Origin: Octopus vulgaris
Lineage: Eukaryota
Direction of reading: 5' to 3'
Length of the DNA: 64,000 nucleotides
Assembly: GCA_951406725.2 (NCBI GenBank)
Contig: OX597819.1
Location: 16,740,001-16,804,000, forward strand
Shown: positions 25,493 through 40,188 of the stretch, piece by piece
How positions within the stretch are numbered: position 1 is the stretch's first letter
Layout: each line of letters begins with the position of its first letter
Made by a program: the position numbers and the translations under genes
The notes under the pieces: model-generated
The model's input: only the letters and a program-made list of their open reading frames with translations
Told to the model about the DNA's origin: nothing
Database searches by the model: none

Positions 25493-26572
25493 ATAATAAT
25501 AATAACAACAAGAGCGGATATAATATAACAGGTACAGAAAGATTGAGGGAAGGATAGTATAGTTACGTTTTATTCATTTCATGTTGATGAGATGTCATTT
25601 TGTGTTAATATTAAATATGTGAGCATCAACATGTCATTATGAAATGCAAAGTAGGGCGTGTTTCTATCAGACTTCCGATAAAATTAACATTATTGATTTA
25701 TTTTATTGCTGTTATTGATGAGTGCTCAGCCAGAAATCCAGCAAGCATATGGTAAAAAACGTTCCGGTCTTGACCCACACCACTTTTTTTTTTTAATATT
25801 TAGATTCTATTTATCTAGAACGACATATACGGTGACTCTTGAAAATAGAAAGGGGTGATTTTGATGAAGATTTGACTGCTGTTTCTGACAAGCCAGGTGA
25901 CCGTGTAGTGGCTTTTCTTTTTCATATGTCCTCTTGAGGTCGATAAATTAAGTACCAGTTGCGTACTGGGTCGATCTAATCGACTGGCCCCTTTCCCCCA
26001 AATTTCGGGCCTAGAGTAGAAAAGTATATTCTTTTTCATATGTCGGCCACATGGTATCTACCATGACACCAAAGCGACACACATCTTAAAGAATGAGACA
26101 AAGTGGATTAAATCAGCCTCGGTACTAAGTACCATAGGGTGTAAGTGGATTAGACTGACTTCAATAATTACAACCAGTCAAATACTGATGTCGATTTATA
26201 CCCACCCCAAATATATGTCCGTGTAGCGAAATTAGAAGAGAGTGAATGAGGTAGAATGGTTAGAGTACCGGACAAAATCCATTGTCATATAGCCACTCCC
26301 ACTCTACAAAAATCACGCCCCTTTACGGATAATCACATCCCCTTATGGTAGCTCCGCCCTATGATAGTTACGCCCTTTTTTGTGTTCAATTACTGCTTCA
26401 CCTTTCATGCTTTCTGGTTTGATAAATCAGTGAAATATTTCAATTGTTGTTTATCGATCAAGTGGCCTTTTGCTCGGGACCGCTCGAAATAAACTGTTGC
26501 ACTCTACTATCGGACCGAGTACTTTTTCTCTCGCTTATTAAAACCAACGGGTACATATCATACATGCATACA

Positions 26573-26610
<38 letters not shown>

Positions 26611-26771
26611 TGTGTGTGCGTGCGTGTGAGTGTATGTGTGCGTGTGTGTGTGTTTGTATTGTATGTTTGTATGAATACTTGTAAAATCTATATATGCGTA
26701 CACATAACATACACAATCAACTATCTAGCTACCGTGTACACACACACGTACATACACATACACGTACATAC

Positions 26772-26806
<35 letters not shown>

Positions 26807-28297
26807 AGGCGTAATAATATTTGTCACAATTAATAGATGTTTCAATTAAGAAATAATGATGACACATGACTAATCGAAAGATTGTTTCTTTTTGCGAGTG
26901 TGGTGGTGAACGGGGAAAATTTTATATCGTTAGTAATGGTCAAGAATGATACAGCACACATCAATAACTAAGTCAGGAACCTTTATTATACTAGTTCATA
27001 TTAAATACGTTGTCATTGGTCCTTCGTGAATAAAATGCAGCATTGAAACCCTTATTGAATGTCTTGAGTATATTGGTCGCAGAGCAATCAAGTAAGCTTC
27101 GAAAAGTCATGTAAGAAGATTAATTGTATCGCAGATCAAGTTATGTGTTTGAGGTTGACAGATTGAATTGCTTGTCTTAAATCAACTGTCGATTGATTAA
27201 AATTTCTGGATTGTCTCCCCTATATATATATATATATTTCTTTTTGCAAGCTTAAGTTATTTGAGATAATAAACGCTTCCATCACTAATGTTGTATTCTA
27301 ATCAATTAGAATTTATTTTCTCTCAACATCTACAATGTTAGCGCAAATCTTTCTCTAATATTTGCACGCAGATGACATCCTTGGTTGATTTTTCCCAATA
27401 ATTTAAATTTTAAATGTCACAAAGCATGTTTTGTTTGACACTATCTCCTTACCAGTCTAATTAAGTATCCGACTTTTATACAGATACTACATAGCCACAG
27501 GCCTAGTGGTAATAACTACCCGACCCTCAACTGATATTGTTTATCCATCGGTTTAATAGTAGTGATTATCGACCAGTACTCTACAGACTGTCTATCCATT
27601 TGGTCTTGTCGCGGCATTTATTCAAATCAGATCATCTCTGATTTTGCAGACTCATAATAATCGAAGCACGTTCGGAGTTGTCACCGTTTCTGCTGAACAC
27701 CATTCTTGCCTCTCCATTGCATGCCTCCATACTACTTATAATTCAAATTAATTCACATTCCAGAGTTGTCTACCTTGTCTTACCTGACCAAAAGTTTTCA
27801 GTAAGATTATATATTTGCCCTGTTTATCAGTAACTATAATTAATGATATGATGATAATTAATATTTCTTGCTCTACTATATTATATATGTGAATACCGAC
27901 TTTACTATTTTGTTTTTATGCAAGAATCATCCCCGCGTACCTTCAATCTCACACTAAGCTACTCTATTTTTATAATGACCTCCTTCTTATATATTACGTT
28001 GAAATACAACAATAGCGAATGAATAATTAACATGATTAATTAATTTATAGAAAGCATAATATATAATTGCTGAGCCGAGAGGAGAGTTAATTACGGTTCT
28101 ATAATCTGGAAATAACAGCCAAATCTCCATTAAACTACGCCCTAAGATCTTTAAAATGGCATATTGGATAATGGATCGCTAGATACATCGTCTTAACAAA
28201 TACGGGCTGTTGTGTTTAGAACACATTTGATTAAAGGTTTTCTGGTTTTCATGAACGGGCTCGACCCTGGACTAAGCAACAGCAGCAGTATATACAA

Positions 28298-28359
<62 letters not shown>

Positions 28360-28404
28360 TACGTGGTCTGATCAATATCCGGACTTTTGTCATAGTAAAA
28401 AAGC

Positions 28405-29600
28405 TAAAGTCTATGTCTTCTCGTGAAGGAGCTTCCGTGATGTTTACTGCTCCTCCTCTCATGTGTCTGTATACTGATGCCTTTGAATTTTTTGCTTATT
28501 GTTCTTCTCTGTTATTCTCTTCTGCTGTCGGAGTTTTTCACTGACAGCTTTTAGATCCCGCTTGAGGGTAATCAGTTTGCAAGTGAGTGCCCTCTTTTTT
28601 TCTGTCTCCAAACATTATTTCTATCTCCTTTTTCACTTTCTGTTGGTGGGACGTATAGTGATTTGCTTGTTTGCATGCAATAAAACATCATTACATGACT
28701 GATGGTCTTCTGTAAACCAGTTATCTTTTTCTCTGTCTTCAAAACCCATGATGGTACTTCCTTTGTTATTTTTTTTTTTTATCTTTTGAATATCATTCAT
28801 GTACTGTTTTACAGTAGTAGCTAGAGCATTTAGATACGGGTTAATTTGCCAGTATGTGGGTTCATCACACTGTTGTAAATACTCATCACCAATTTCGTTA
28901 ACAGCTTTTAATACCGTATCTGGTGTTTCTTTTTACTTTGGTAGAGAATACTCTCTCGAGAGAGTCCTTCAAAGCCAAAGTTATTTTTTCTCAGAAAATT
29001 TCGGCAAGGGCACATTTCACTGGCATACAACTCTGACTGCCACTACTACTACAGTAATCGTTGCGGTTGTGCCTGCGATTTACCATAGTCGTAGCAGGGG
29101 ACAGTGGTCAGTTACTTGAACCAGTAATGTAGTTTTGCTGGCAGGCACTATGGAATCTATTGGAATGTCGCTAGCTGCGGAACCACGTTTTCATTTTTGT
29201 TTATAGAGTTGGGAAGAAGGTTAATTTTCGATTTCTTAATAGAGTTACAGTTACTAACCTTCTTTCTATGTTCTACAAATGTTACTTGTTGGCGTAGTTT
29301 GCTTCGCAGTAAAATGATTTCATTCTGGATGCAGATCGTCCCAATATGATTTCAGTCGTTTCATATAGCCAATAGTGGGGTTTAGTTTCGCTTTTTCGTA
29401 ACTTCAAGAGACATGAGTTTTGTAGTTACGGTTTCTTCTATAACTACAGCTAGAAAGAAATTGTTTACCTGTTGAGCTGTTGTTTTCGTTCTATTCCTCG
29501 ATTGTGATATTGTTGATGTTGCGTCCAGCCATGTTGTTTGTAGTAACTCTCTGCATACTAAATTCAAGTTTCAGTCGGAAACCACGACGATCGGGAATAA
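28405..29600 (-). mobile_element. Decayed N-terminal fragment of an R4/Dong-like (RLE) non-LTR retrotransposon
   Basis: Minus-strand frames give NPTIGYMKRLKSYWDDLHPE...LRQQVTF and LKRDLKAVSEKLRQQKR...VYRHMRG...APSREDIDF, resembling R4/Dong N-terminal motifs. Many stops and frameshifts. Confidence 0.55.
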
Positions 29601-29819
29601 AAGGCTCCCCCAGTTAATTCACCTGAAGATTAACCAGTTATTTAACAAGGATGCGAGTTGTGGCTCCAAAGTTGAAGATAGTATTCATCGTATTTTCGAT
29701 GAATAGTCTCCCACGCCAAATACGCGACTTGTCGCTTCGAGTATGTATGTATGTATGTATGTATGTATGTATGTATGTATGTATGTATGTATGTATGTAT
29801 GTATGTATGTATGTGTGTG

Positions 29820-30914
29820 TTGGATTATCTCAAATAATGCGTTTTTTTATACTTTTATTTTTCAAAATTAAGATAAACAAAGTGCCGTTTTAATCTAAAA
29901 TATACTCTCCTTCATTTTCTACAAAGCTCTACCATCTCTCTGATAGACTTGCAAGGCACTTCTCCCAAAATTCACTTGTCCGTGACGAAAAATACTCCTC
30001 CAGTACTGTTCTGACCTCGTCTACAGAATTCATATTTTTATCCGTCCAAATGATTTTGAAAACTATAGGATAAATGATAATCAGAGGGGGGCAATGTCCA
30101 GCGAATACGGTGGGCGGGGCATCGTTTCCCATTTAAACTGCTCCAACCTTTGGAATGTCAATCTCGCTGTATGTGGCTGAGCATTATCCTGATGGAAGAA
30201 CACGTTTCGTCATGAAACCAAAGATGGTCGTATTTCTTCTAGCGCTGACTTAAACCGCTCAGGCTGTTCACAGTAGATCTGCTTTGTTATCGTTTGGTTT
30301 GGGTTTATAAGTCACTACTCGATCCAAAAACGGTTCATTCGTGAGACGTGACAGCAAAGAAGAGCACACATTCACTCTCTGCGCGCGATTAGACTCAGAA
30401 AGTTTGCGAGAAGCCCATTGACCCAATTTTTCGACTTTTCCGATGGTACGCAGGTGTCGATGAATGATTGAACGACCAAATCCAAGCTTCTCTGTAAGTT
30501 CCTCAACAGTTACGATGGGATTTTGTTCCACTAGTGTTTACAGTACGTCCTCATCGAGCTCAGCAGATCTTCCAGGCCGATATTTCTGGAACCACCGTTG
30601 ACACTGGTTTATGCTTATTGTCCTATCCCCAAATATAATGCATTAATGTTCCTCGCACTTTCCGTTGCGTTGTTGCCTTTATTGAACTCATAAAGCAAAA
30701 TATGCCGAATATACTCCTTTGTCACTTCCATTATAGCTTTGAAAAAGTAATTGAAAAAATTGAACTGCACTCTTCAAATCTTGCACTAAGAATAAGGACA
30801 AGGTAAAATTACTACCTGCTTTTATAGCAAGTTGATGCAGGTAATTTATTTCATCTCCCTCCGACTTTTAGTTCATGCAATTGAAAAAACCGCATTATTT
30901 ATGGGATGACCCAA
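29820..30914 (-). mobile_element. Mariner (DD34D-type) element, internally deleted and disrupted
   Basis: TIRs ttggattatctcaaataatgcg / cgcattatttatgggatgacccaa followed by TA. Transposase remnants MEVTKEYIRHILLYEFNKG, GQWASRKLSESN and PYSLDIAPSDYHL. Confidence 0.88.
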
Positions 30915-33139
30915 TATGTATGTAAGTGATTGTGTGCACGCGCGCATGAACGTGCACATGACTGTATATACGTGTATGTTTTTTGTTACTTATTTGAATT
31001 CTTCGTATAAAGTAGGAGCTGTTTTTTCTTAAAAGAACCAAAGCTCCGTCACTGCTATTTGGACAACAAAAATGATCATAAAACATGGAAAAAAAAAAAC
31101 TTGCATATTTTTATTGTTTTGATTAAAAATTGTATTTGTAAAGTATGGCTGGTTACATTTTTGCTTGAAAATCCCAGCATTTCAAGAAAACTACTCCAAT
31201 AATTAATAACATTACCTGGTGCACCAATAAATGTTGATTAAAATCACAATTTATAATCTGAGCAGAGAAGCTTAGATTTTGAAGCAGTTGTGCGGAAAAT
31301 GTCTTTTTCACAGTAATTTTTAAGGAAATGAACACATCTGCCAGGCAACTAACCTATGACGGCATAATTATTCCTAATTTGTCCGGAATATCAGTTCTCA
31401 TATATTTGCACTAGCATAAGTTTTGATGGGGATGCCCCAGCAATATTGCATGGTTTGTAACACATTTATGTACACAGCAACAGGAATACTCTTTATATTT
31501 ATTGCAGAGCAGTGTTTCCTGTTGTTATTTGCGTTGTTATCAGTATTAATGTTTGTTTTTATCAATATCAGCCATGATCGAAAGGATTGAAATCCAGCGT
31601 GGTAAATAGTACTTTTTAAGACCATTCTGAATAAAGCTAGGTTGGCGAGAAAAGGTATTTCTTTTATTTATCACAAAAGAGAAATATCCAGTTAGTATTC
31701 AAAGGTGTGCTAATTAGAGGAAAACGTTCAAAAGCATATTTTAGACAGTCCATTACGCTTGCATGTCTGTAGTTCACTGTGACGCTTGTATATGTGTGTG
31801 TGTGCATGCATGTCAGTGTGCGTGCGAAATGTGAATCTGTACATTTTAAGTTATGTGTCACGTCTTTTTACGCATAGTTTTATATCTAAACGTAAATACA
31901 GATTCCACTGGCTAAACTTTTGCAATACTTTGCGTATATTTATATTTACTTTAATGGTTTGCAACTATTCTTCCATGCATGAATGCGAGTATGTCTGTGT
32001 AAATTAGTATATATTTGTGTGTAGGTTTGCATATACGTATGTCTATTTTCTATAGCTTGGTGAATAATAGCGTCGTTAGTTTCGTGTTCCAACGGACCTA
32101 ACACTGATCCACTGCATTTTCAATCGAAAATGTGATACTGGACTGAATGCGAATTGGAAGCCTAATAAGTATCACAATGCTATTATTTTTCAAAAATATA
32201 GATATGATGTATATTTTTAACCTAGTCTTCTTTGGACTGCTCTGAATCTATAGCTATGCTGTTCAAGTCGGCTCTTAAATTGATTTGTGGTCATACCGTC
32301 ATACCTATATAATTAATAGCATTTCAATCAAACCTGGCTACATATCTAGCAGATTCCTCCAATTTCTGTAGACTTGTATATTAACTGTGATTTCTTGTTT
32401 ATATTCTCCATTGCATTTAAAAAAAGATTCATGAATTTTACAATATTTATAGGAAGCTCATATATGTAGAGAAGTATATTTTCCTGTCATTATATCAAAG
32501 AGGAAAGTTCTATTTTATCAGATTGTGAAATGATTGTTCTATTGACGAGTTTACGTTTATCGAACATAGAGGGTTATAACATACAGTTTTTCTCTTCCTC
32601 TCCTTCCTACTCATTTATGTAATTCTATGATATTTAACAGATTCTTTTAAACCACTATATACCAATAGATTGTTTGTATGTAGTCGCTACACTATTGACT
32701 GATATTTCATCATAGGAGATTGATAGAATCGACTACCTCCAGTTATCTGAAAATTTTTTAAGGTAATTGGTAACTGATTCAAACTGTAGTTTACATAAAA
32801 TAATCAATCATTTGGTTTTATGTATGAAGGGAATTTTCCGTATTTTAAGATTCACTGCAACACTTTGAGGTTAGTATTAATCGTAATTTTAAGGTTCATA
32901 TTGTTTGTGCCTGTGTGTGCGTGTGAAATGAATGTGTGTGTGTGTGTATGCGTGTGTGTGTATGCGTGCGTGTGTGATATACGAATAGATAGACTAATTT
33001 AATCACTTGTGCATTTTCAGTGAATAAAAACCTCGTTTCATCGAATTTAATTGTACAATATACAGTCCATATGTGTTTAATTACCATTTGTATACACACA
33101 GACACACAGTTACAATCACAGGATATATATATATATATA

Positions 33140-33455
33140 TATATTGATAAAAAAGTAAGACAAAAAAAGAATGAAAGAGACCGCGATATTCTGTAAATAG
33201 AGGAATTTATCTGTAAATGTGATATGTGACAATTATTCGGTAGCCATGATATACCTCCGAGTTTCGGATGCCGAGGTGTTGTGGGGCCTGGTTCAAAAAT
33301 AAGTAGTCTGGAAGAAGCTAAACATTTAATTGCTTTTCATTCTTTCGGGGTCGATAAGAAAAGTATCAATTCAGAGCGATAGATGACCGGATAACTGAAG
33401 AGATGGCGGCGTGGATTTCCACCTCGGTGTTTTATCATGGCTGCCGAATAATTGT

Positions 33456-33462
<7 letters not shown>
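33140..33462. mobile_element. Inverted pair of Penelope-type pLTR fragments (split hammerhead halves) enclosing a 107-bp copy of 34552-34659
   Basis: Inverted repeat 33225-33251 vs 33434-33462. CTGAAGA lies at 33395 (+) and GAAAC-tcggag-GTA lies on the minus strand at about 33252-33265. Confidence 0.55.
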
Positions 33463-33522
<60 letters not shown>

Positions 33523-34976
33523 GAACACACACACATACACACAGGCCGCTCCACTTTACGTAAAGTTTTTGTGTTTGGTGCGCTAGATATTTAAAAGAAA
33601 CCAAAATAGTAAATAATGAGGATTTGGTGGGGGTGAAAAATGGCTAGGTGGTGGAGAGGAAAGTATGTTAGGTATAATGGTGGGAGTGGAATAGAAAAGA
33701 GTTGAGGTCAGTAGATCTGGGTCGAGTGCGAAGGAAAGAAGAGATAGAGGGGGAATAAGGAGAGGGAGGGATATTCTTTCAGGTTAGATTTAAAGGATTG
33801 GAAATGGATATCTTTGGAAGCGTACACACACACACGCACGAACGCATGCACGCACGCACGCACGCGCACATAAAGTGTACAAAGCATGAGAGAAGCTAAA
33901 ATAGTAAGGCTAGATGGAAAGATATAAGTATACAAACATGTAGAGATATATACATGCAAACACACATACATTGAGATAGAAGTAACGGAGAATGAAAAGA
34001 AGAGCTATCTACAAGGTCTACGTATATTAATTCGTACATATAGATGAGTGAATATACATATATGTATGCGCTAAGTTTCAAATATAAGTATATTATATGC
34101 ACTAAGTTTCAAATATAAGTATATATGTGTGTGTGTTTACGTATAAAAATATTTACGAACACCCACATATACACGAAGAAGTTTATACATACACACACAT
34201 GTATGTATATGAGTGTGTATACGTAAGTGTCTATCTGTATGTGATGTATACACATATGTTAGACACATACATATACACCTGATAGACATTAGAAGTAAAT
34301 AATTGTAATAGCAGTATATATATCCATGAGTATATGCAGATGTTTCGAAAATACATACATAGTTACATCAGACCTTGATTAACCATTAAATAACATAAGC
34401 ACGTGCTTAGGTCATCAAGGGAAGGAGAGTACGACTAAAGAATTTCATTCAATGCAACTGATAAATTACAACAGTTATTTCAAAAAATGAATTGAAAACT
34501 GTTGAAAAATGATTACTTAGCGTTGTAATAAACAAGTTTATATTTAAAACGGTTGTGGGGCCTGGTTCAAAAATAAGTAGTCTGGAAGAAGCTAAATATT
34601 TAATTGCTTTTCATTCTTTCGGGGTCGATAAGAAAAAGTATCAATTCAGAGCGATAGATTGGCTGAACTGTAAGAAAGTGGAACCGGATGCCTTGTAGTA
34701 TTTGTCCCTGCTTTTTGCGTTCTATGTTTAATTCAGGGCATGGCGTACCTGAATGAAAGACATAATCAGTTGCCTGGTCTAACACTATTATCTGGCACCT
34801 TAGATGACGTCATTGGAGCACACTCTTGCAAGCTTTTGGGCCAAGATACGACTTTCCTCACTCTCTCGGACACTAATCTCGGAAGTCTTGTAAGGTGACT
34901 ACTGTAGCGAGACCACCGCTGAGATTTAAACTATAGCTCTCAGATTTTCCAAGGCTAGAACCACAAATTAAATATA

Positions 34977-35187
34977 CAGTGATCCCCCGCCATATCGCGG
35001 TTTATTATTTAAGCTTACGTCGATTCCTCCGTGTTGTTGTTTTGCATTTATGATAAAATAAATGCAAACAAATTATCAAAATAATAAAAAAAAGAATATA
35101 CAGTACAGTACTGTTTCTACTTCGCGGAATTTCAGCTATCGCGGGGGATTATGGAACGCTACACCCACGATAGTCGAGGGATTACTG
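34977..35187. mobile_element. Tigger/pogo-type MITE
   Basis: TA|cagtgatcccccgccatatcgcgg ... ccacgatagtcgagggattactg|TA. Confidence 0.7.
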
Positions 35188-36171
35188 TACTCCCATAACA
35201 GGAAAACTATCACCAAAGAAGCTATTAACGCCTAAAAGAATGTAGCTGATTTATTATTGAAGAGGTGGCAAACTTCAAAGGAAGTACGTTAGGTTTCGCG
35301 CTAGTTTGGTTGAAGATTCTAGAAGGATAGTTCACAGCCATAAAAAGACTGAAATTCAACCTAACCAGAGAGCCACTAATCACCCAGAGGACTTAATGTC
35401 GCTTGTCTCAGTGAATTGTTCTTTCTCCCTCTTGTCACTTTCTTTATGCAACATACTTATGTCGGACTCAATAAAAGGTGTATCCACCTTAATTTTTGAT
35501 GCCCATTAACGAACATCAATTATATACAGTGAGTTAAATTCCTTGTACTACTTTCATAATATTGCCCAGCGTGTTATATACAGAAAATTACTAACTATTA
35601 GGTTCGATGAACGTTGTTCCGTGTATCTATTGAATGTCTTTTTATAAATACAACAATGCAGGTTAATAAAATACTTGAAAATTCAACCTTTAACGTAGCC
35701 ATTGTCCACATATGCTGCCACTTTAGTGTAGTCATTGTCCACACACGCAACCTATCTCACACTGTGAACAACCTAAGAGAAATATAAGACTAACCATCAT
35801 ACTAAAAACTGCCTTCTTCTTGATCCCCTTCCAGAAATGTCGCGGGGTCCCATTGTTGCGGTTTGATTAGGCTTTCAAATGGTCTTAATCGTGCCTTGAC
35901 CTACCTACCTACCTACCTACCTACCTACCTACCTACCTATCTACCTACCTACCTACCTATCTACCTACCTACCTACATACATATATACATACATACATAC
36001 ATAACAAATATAAATCAACCTTCTTACAATTTAAAGGGTTAATGACTGCGTAAAAAATGACAAAGTACAAGACCTTTACAGCATTGTTACTGAACAGGTC
36101 ACTGGTAAAAACGAATTTCAAAACTATAATCTGATGTTTCAGCTCACAATTCAAAGTCATTGTACATCCTA

Positions 36172-36208
<37 letters not shown>

Positions 36209-38373
36209 TATATATATATGATTTTGGATATATAAATGACCTTACATAGTGAATTGAAGCATATTCGTGCCTATAAATCATTAGCACTAACCATTTAAGA
36301 TATATACATGGCAGTGGAGTTATAATTATAAATTTATGCAGATTAATGTATATATAAAAATCTATATGTATATATGTATGTGTGTGTGTGTAAAATCACA
36401 GATATACGTATTTTTAAATATATATCTAACAACACCTGCACACACACACATGCATTCATACACACTCAGGTATTACATTTTTAATTAGCATACCGACAAT
36501 TCACACATAAACATAAATGCATATATATAAAAAATTTTATTTTACTTTTGAAGATCAAAACACTTTCATAATTACTCAAAAGCCTCCAGCTTTGAGGATA
36601 ACTGTATATACTTCTATCTCTCGCTTTCCTTCTACACAATTAACGAACTATGACAGGAAAAAAAAAACAGAACAACCTCTTAGTGAAATGCCTTTATCTT
36701 TCCCACCTTTCTCTTTGCTAAAATATTTCCTTCCCCCTCTCTCTCTTTTCGCGAAGAAATATGGTAAAAGTAGGAAATCCTGAATTGCCTGGAACTGATG
36801 AGATTCAAATAAATCGAAATACCTGTGTACGAGCATGGAGGACTTTGTAGTTCAAACGAAAAACGAAAAAGAAAAGAAAGAAAATGAAGTTAAATTGCAC
36901 ATAAAGATCACATGATGGTAATTTATTCTAGGGAACCAAAATTGGCTTCACTTATGAAAATTAACTTCTGGTGAGATGATTCTCCTATTTCTAATGGTAA
37001 CAAATAACGAACGACCAATAAAACACACACATAACTAGCTGGGGATTCCTTCAGTTTATATCATTACTACTAACCACTAGTTTCACCAAAATATATTTCT
37101 TCAGGTAGATCCACCTTTGTTGTTTATGAAAATCAGAATGGCGATTATTCTTTCTGTAGATATGCTTGAAATGAAAGGTTCGATTAGTTGTTATGCTTGA
37201 GTTGATATTCTGTCCGCGCGTTCGTTTCTGTGCGTGTGTTGGTTTGAACATTTGAATATATGTATACATGCATCTTAATTTTATCGTAATTAATTAAACT
37301 ATTTAATTAAATCATTTAATATCTGTTGAGTACACACACACACGCGAGTATTGTTATAAGTGCCTTATATTCTGTGTATGGACTGTATCCATAAACTTCG
37401 AATTGCAATATGTTTATAGAGAAATGGAGGTCACTATAATTACTTGTCTACACAGATATAATATTAACATCCTATTTTATCCCCATCGAAATGCCTCTAA
37501 TTTTGTTTGTAGGTACCTTTGCATGTATGAATCTGAAGAAATTAATTTTGTGAGGCAATTAAGTAATTTGGTACAATTATTTCAGATGAATAGCTTTTCT
37601 ATGGTACAAAAGTTGCAAAATGTATTTGATCGCGTATACATAGATATTTTTTTTATGTAAACGTTTTCCCGTAATAGAATTGGGTATATTATTTATCAAG
37701 AATTATATATGTGTGATACAAGTCTTGTATCCATTTTTCATTAGAATGTTTTAAGAAGTTGCAAAAACAGATTCTTTCAGGCAGACTCTACAATGGAGTG
37801 AGAATACACTTGGAGAGTGATAGCTACATTTCTGTGCACTATTAACTGTTTCATGGTGTTTTATTATTTTATGGATTTGTTGCTGGAGTTTGAAAGCGTA
37901 AAGTAGCTTATTTTGAGCGAATTGGTCCTGAAGATATTTCAGTACTTAAGTCGAAGAAGAAAATATTTTCTTACCAGATTGAAAGCCGTTTTCTCTATCG
38001 ATGTTCTTACACCAAAAATGGCTAGTAATATCACATGTTTTTCTATTTCCTTTTCTCCTACTTATATAGTTTTGTTAAGTGGTTCGAAACACCAGCCCCT
38101 TCAGTAATTTCTGTAGTATTTTCAGCTAATAAAAATTATATATACACTGTTTTACATGCTTTACATATTGTAAAACCATATATATAATTCTCGAAGCTGA
38201 AAACACCACTGCAATTATTCTGTTACGCAAGTTTCGTGCATAACATTTGCCACAAGTTTATACACGAAGCTCGAGCGTCAGAGTAACTAATGTAAACATT
38301 TTTGGTTTGAAAAAGACAATACATAAATACACATACACACACACATACATACTTACACACACAAATACATATA

Positions 38374-39635
38374 CAGGGTTGGGACAAAATAATGGAAACA
38401 CCTAGCATCATAACATCATAATTTTGAAATATCTATAAAACCGTCAAAAGTTTGTTTATTTTTATCTTTTTTTATCTATTATTAGTGTTGCTTAATATGT
38501 TTTGCTAAAATTGCTGTTTCTTTTCAGATATCATCAGAAAAAGGTAATTTAGAATTATTAAAATGACAGATCTATCGGACTTTCAAAGAGGTCAAATTGT
38601 GGTGCTCGTATGGCAGGCGCTAGCATAACGAAAACAGCTGAAATGTTTTGTGTATCAAGAAGTACTGTCTCGAAAGTAATGACAGCCTTTGAGAAAGAGG
38701 GAAAAACCTCCTCGTCGAAACAAAACTCCAGAAGAAAACCAAAACTTTCAGATAGGGACCGTCAGACTCTTACGCGATTAGTTAGAAAGGATCATAAAAG
38801 TACAACTCCCAAAATTACTGCAGAGCTTAATGACCACCCTGAGAACCCAGTTTCCATAAAAACTGTTCGTTGGGAGCTGCACAAAGCCGGATTTCACGAG
38901 AGGGCTGCAATCAGAAAAACCACTACTTTAAAAAACAAACGTTGCAAAGCATTTAGAGTGGAGTAAAAACCTACAGAATTGGTCCTTAGAGCAGTGGAAG
39001 AATGTTATTTTCTCGGACGAGTCATCCTTTACCTTATTTCCGACCACCGGCTGAGTATACGTGTGGAGACAGCCAAAAGAAGCATCTGACCCAGACTACC
39101 TTCCTCCAACTGTTAAACATGGAGGAGGATCTGTGATGATCTTAGGGACTTTATCTTGGAAATCTGCCGGCCCAATGGTTTCCATTCACGGCAGAATTAA
39201 CAGTCAAGACTATTTAAGCATTTTGTCTGATCAAATTCATCCTAGGGTTGCAGAACTGTTTCCAGAGGGAAAAGCAATCTTTCAGGATGATAATGCACCA
39301 ATTCACACTGCTAAAGTTGTTACGAGGAACATTCTAGTGAAGTTGAACATCTTATCGGGCCACCACAGTCCCCAGATCTTAATATTATTGAACATTTTTA
39401 TGGTGCATTTTAGAAAAATAAGTAAGGAGTCGATATCCTCCACCAGCATCATTACAAGAACTGGAGACTGTTTAGCTGAAGAATGGATAAAAGTTCGTTG
39501 GGAAACAATTCAAGCTTTGTACGAGTCCATATCTCATAGAATTCAAGCTGTAATTACTGTCAAAGGTGGTCCTACCCCATATTAAAAATAAATTTGTTTG
39601 AAATTTTAAGGTGTTTCCATTATTTTGCCCAATCC

Positions 39636-39638
<3 letters not shown>
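38374..39638 (+). mobile_element. Tc1-family (DD34E-type) DNA transposon, near full length, frameshifted transposase
   Basis: TA TSD and TIRs cagggttgggacaaaataatggaaacacct / aggtgtttccattattttgcccaatccctg. Motifs MTDLSDFQRGQIV, IFSDESSF, TVKHGGGSVM, FQDDNAPIH and PQSPDLNIIE. Confidence 0.93.
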
Positions 39639-39687
<49 letters not shown>

Positions 39688-39691
<4 letters not shown>

Positions 39692-39935
39692 TTTATCATT
39701 TACTTGTTTCAGTCATTAGACCTCGGCCATGCTGGAGCACTGCCTTGAAGAATTTTAGTCGAATGAATCGACCTCAGTACTTATTTTTTTTAAAGCCTGA
39801 TAGTTGTTCTGTCTGTTCTCTTTTACCAAACCACTAAGTGACGGGGACGTAAACATGTCAACACTAGTCGCCAAGCGGTGGCACGGGACAAACACAGATA
39901 TGCGCGCACACACACACACATGGTCTACCGAATCC
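39688..39935 (-). mobile_element. SINE, dominant family, 3' half
   Basis: tttacttgtttcagtcattagacctcggccatgctggagcac...ggggacgtaaaca. Confidence 0.75.
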
Positions 39936-40111
39936 ACTAACTAACTGTACAACATTCAAAGGCAATTCCTAACCATACCATAAATAACCATCACCCAAAT
40001 ACTCTACGAAGTAATACAAGGGTTTGCGCTCTCTACAGAACCATTGTTATATATGTAAGCGTTCGTTGGTTTACCCCTAAAACCATATCCACATAACTGC
40101 ACCTCTATGAT

Positions 40112-40152
<41 letters not shown>

Positions 40153-40188
40153 TAGATAGATAGATATAGATATATGTATGTGCATATA

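Noticed and set aside
36791-36830. CTGATGA-gatt-caaata-aatc-GAAA hammerhead-like core
   Set aside because: Stem II forms, but no correctly placed NUH with stem I and stem III pairing was found in type I or type III topology.
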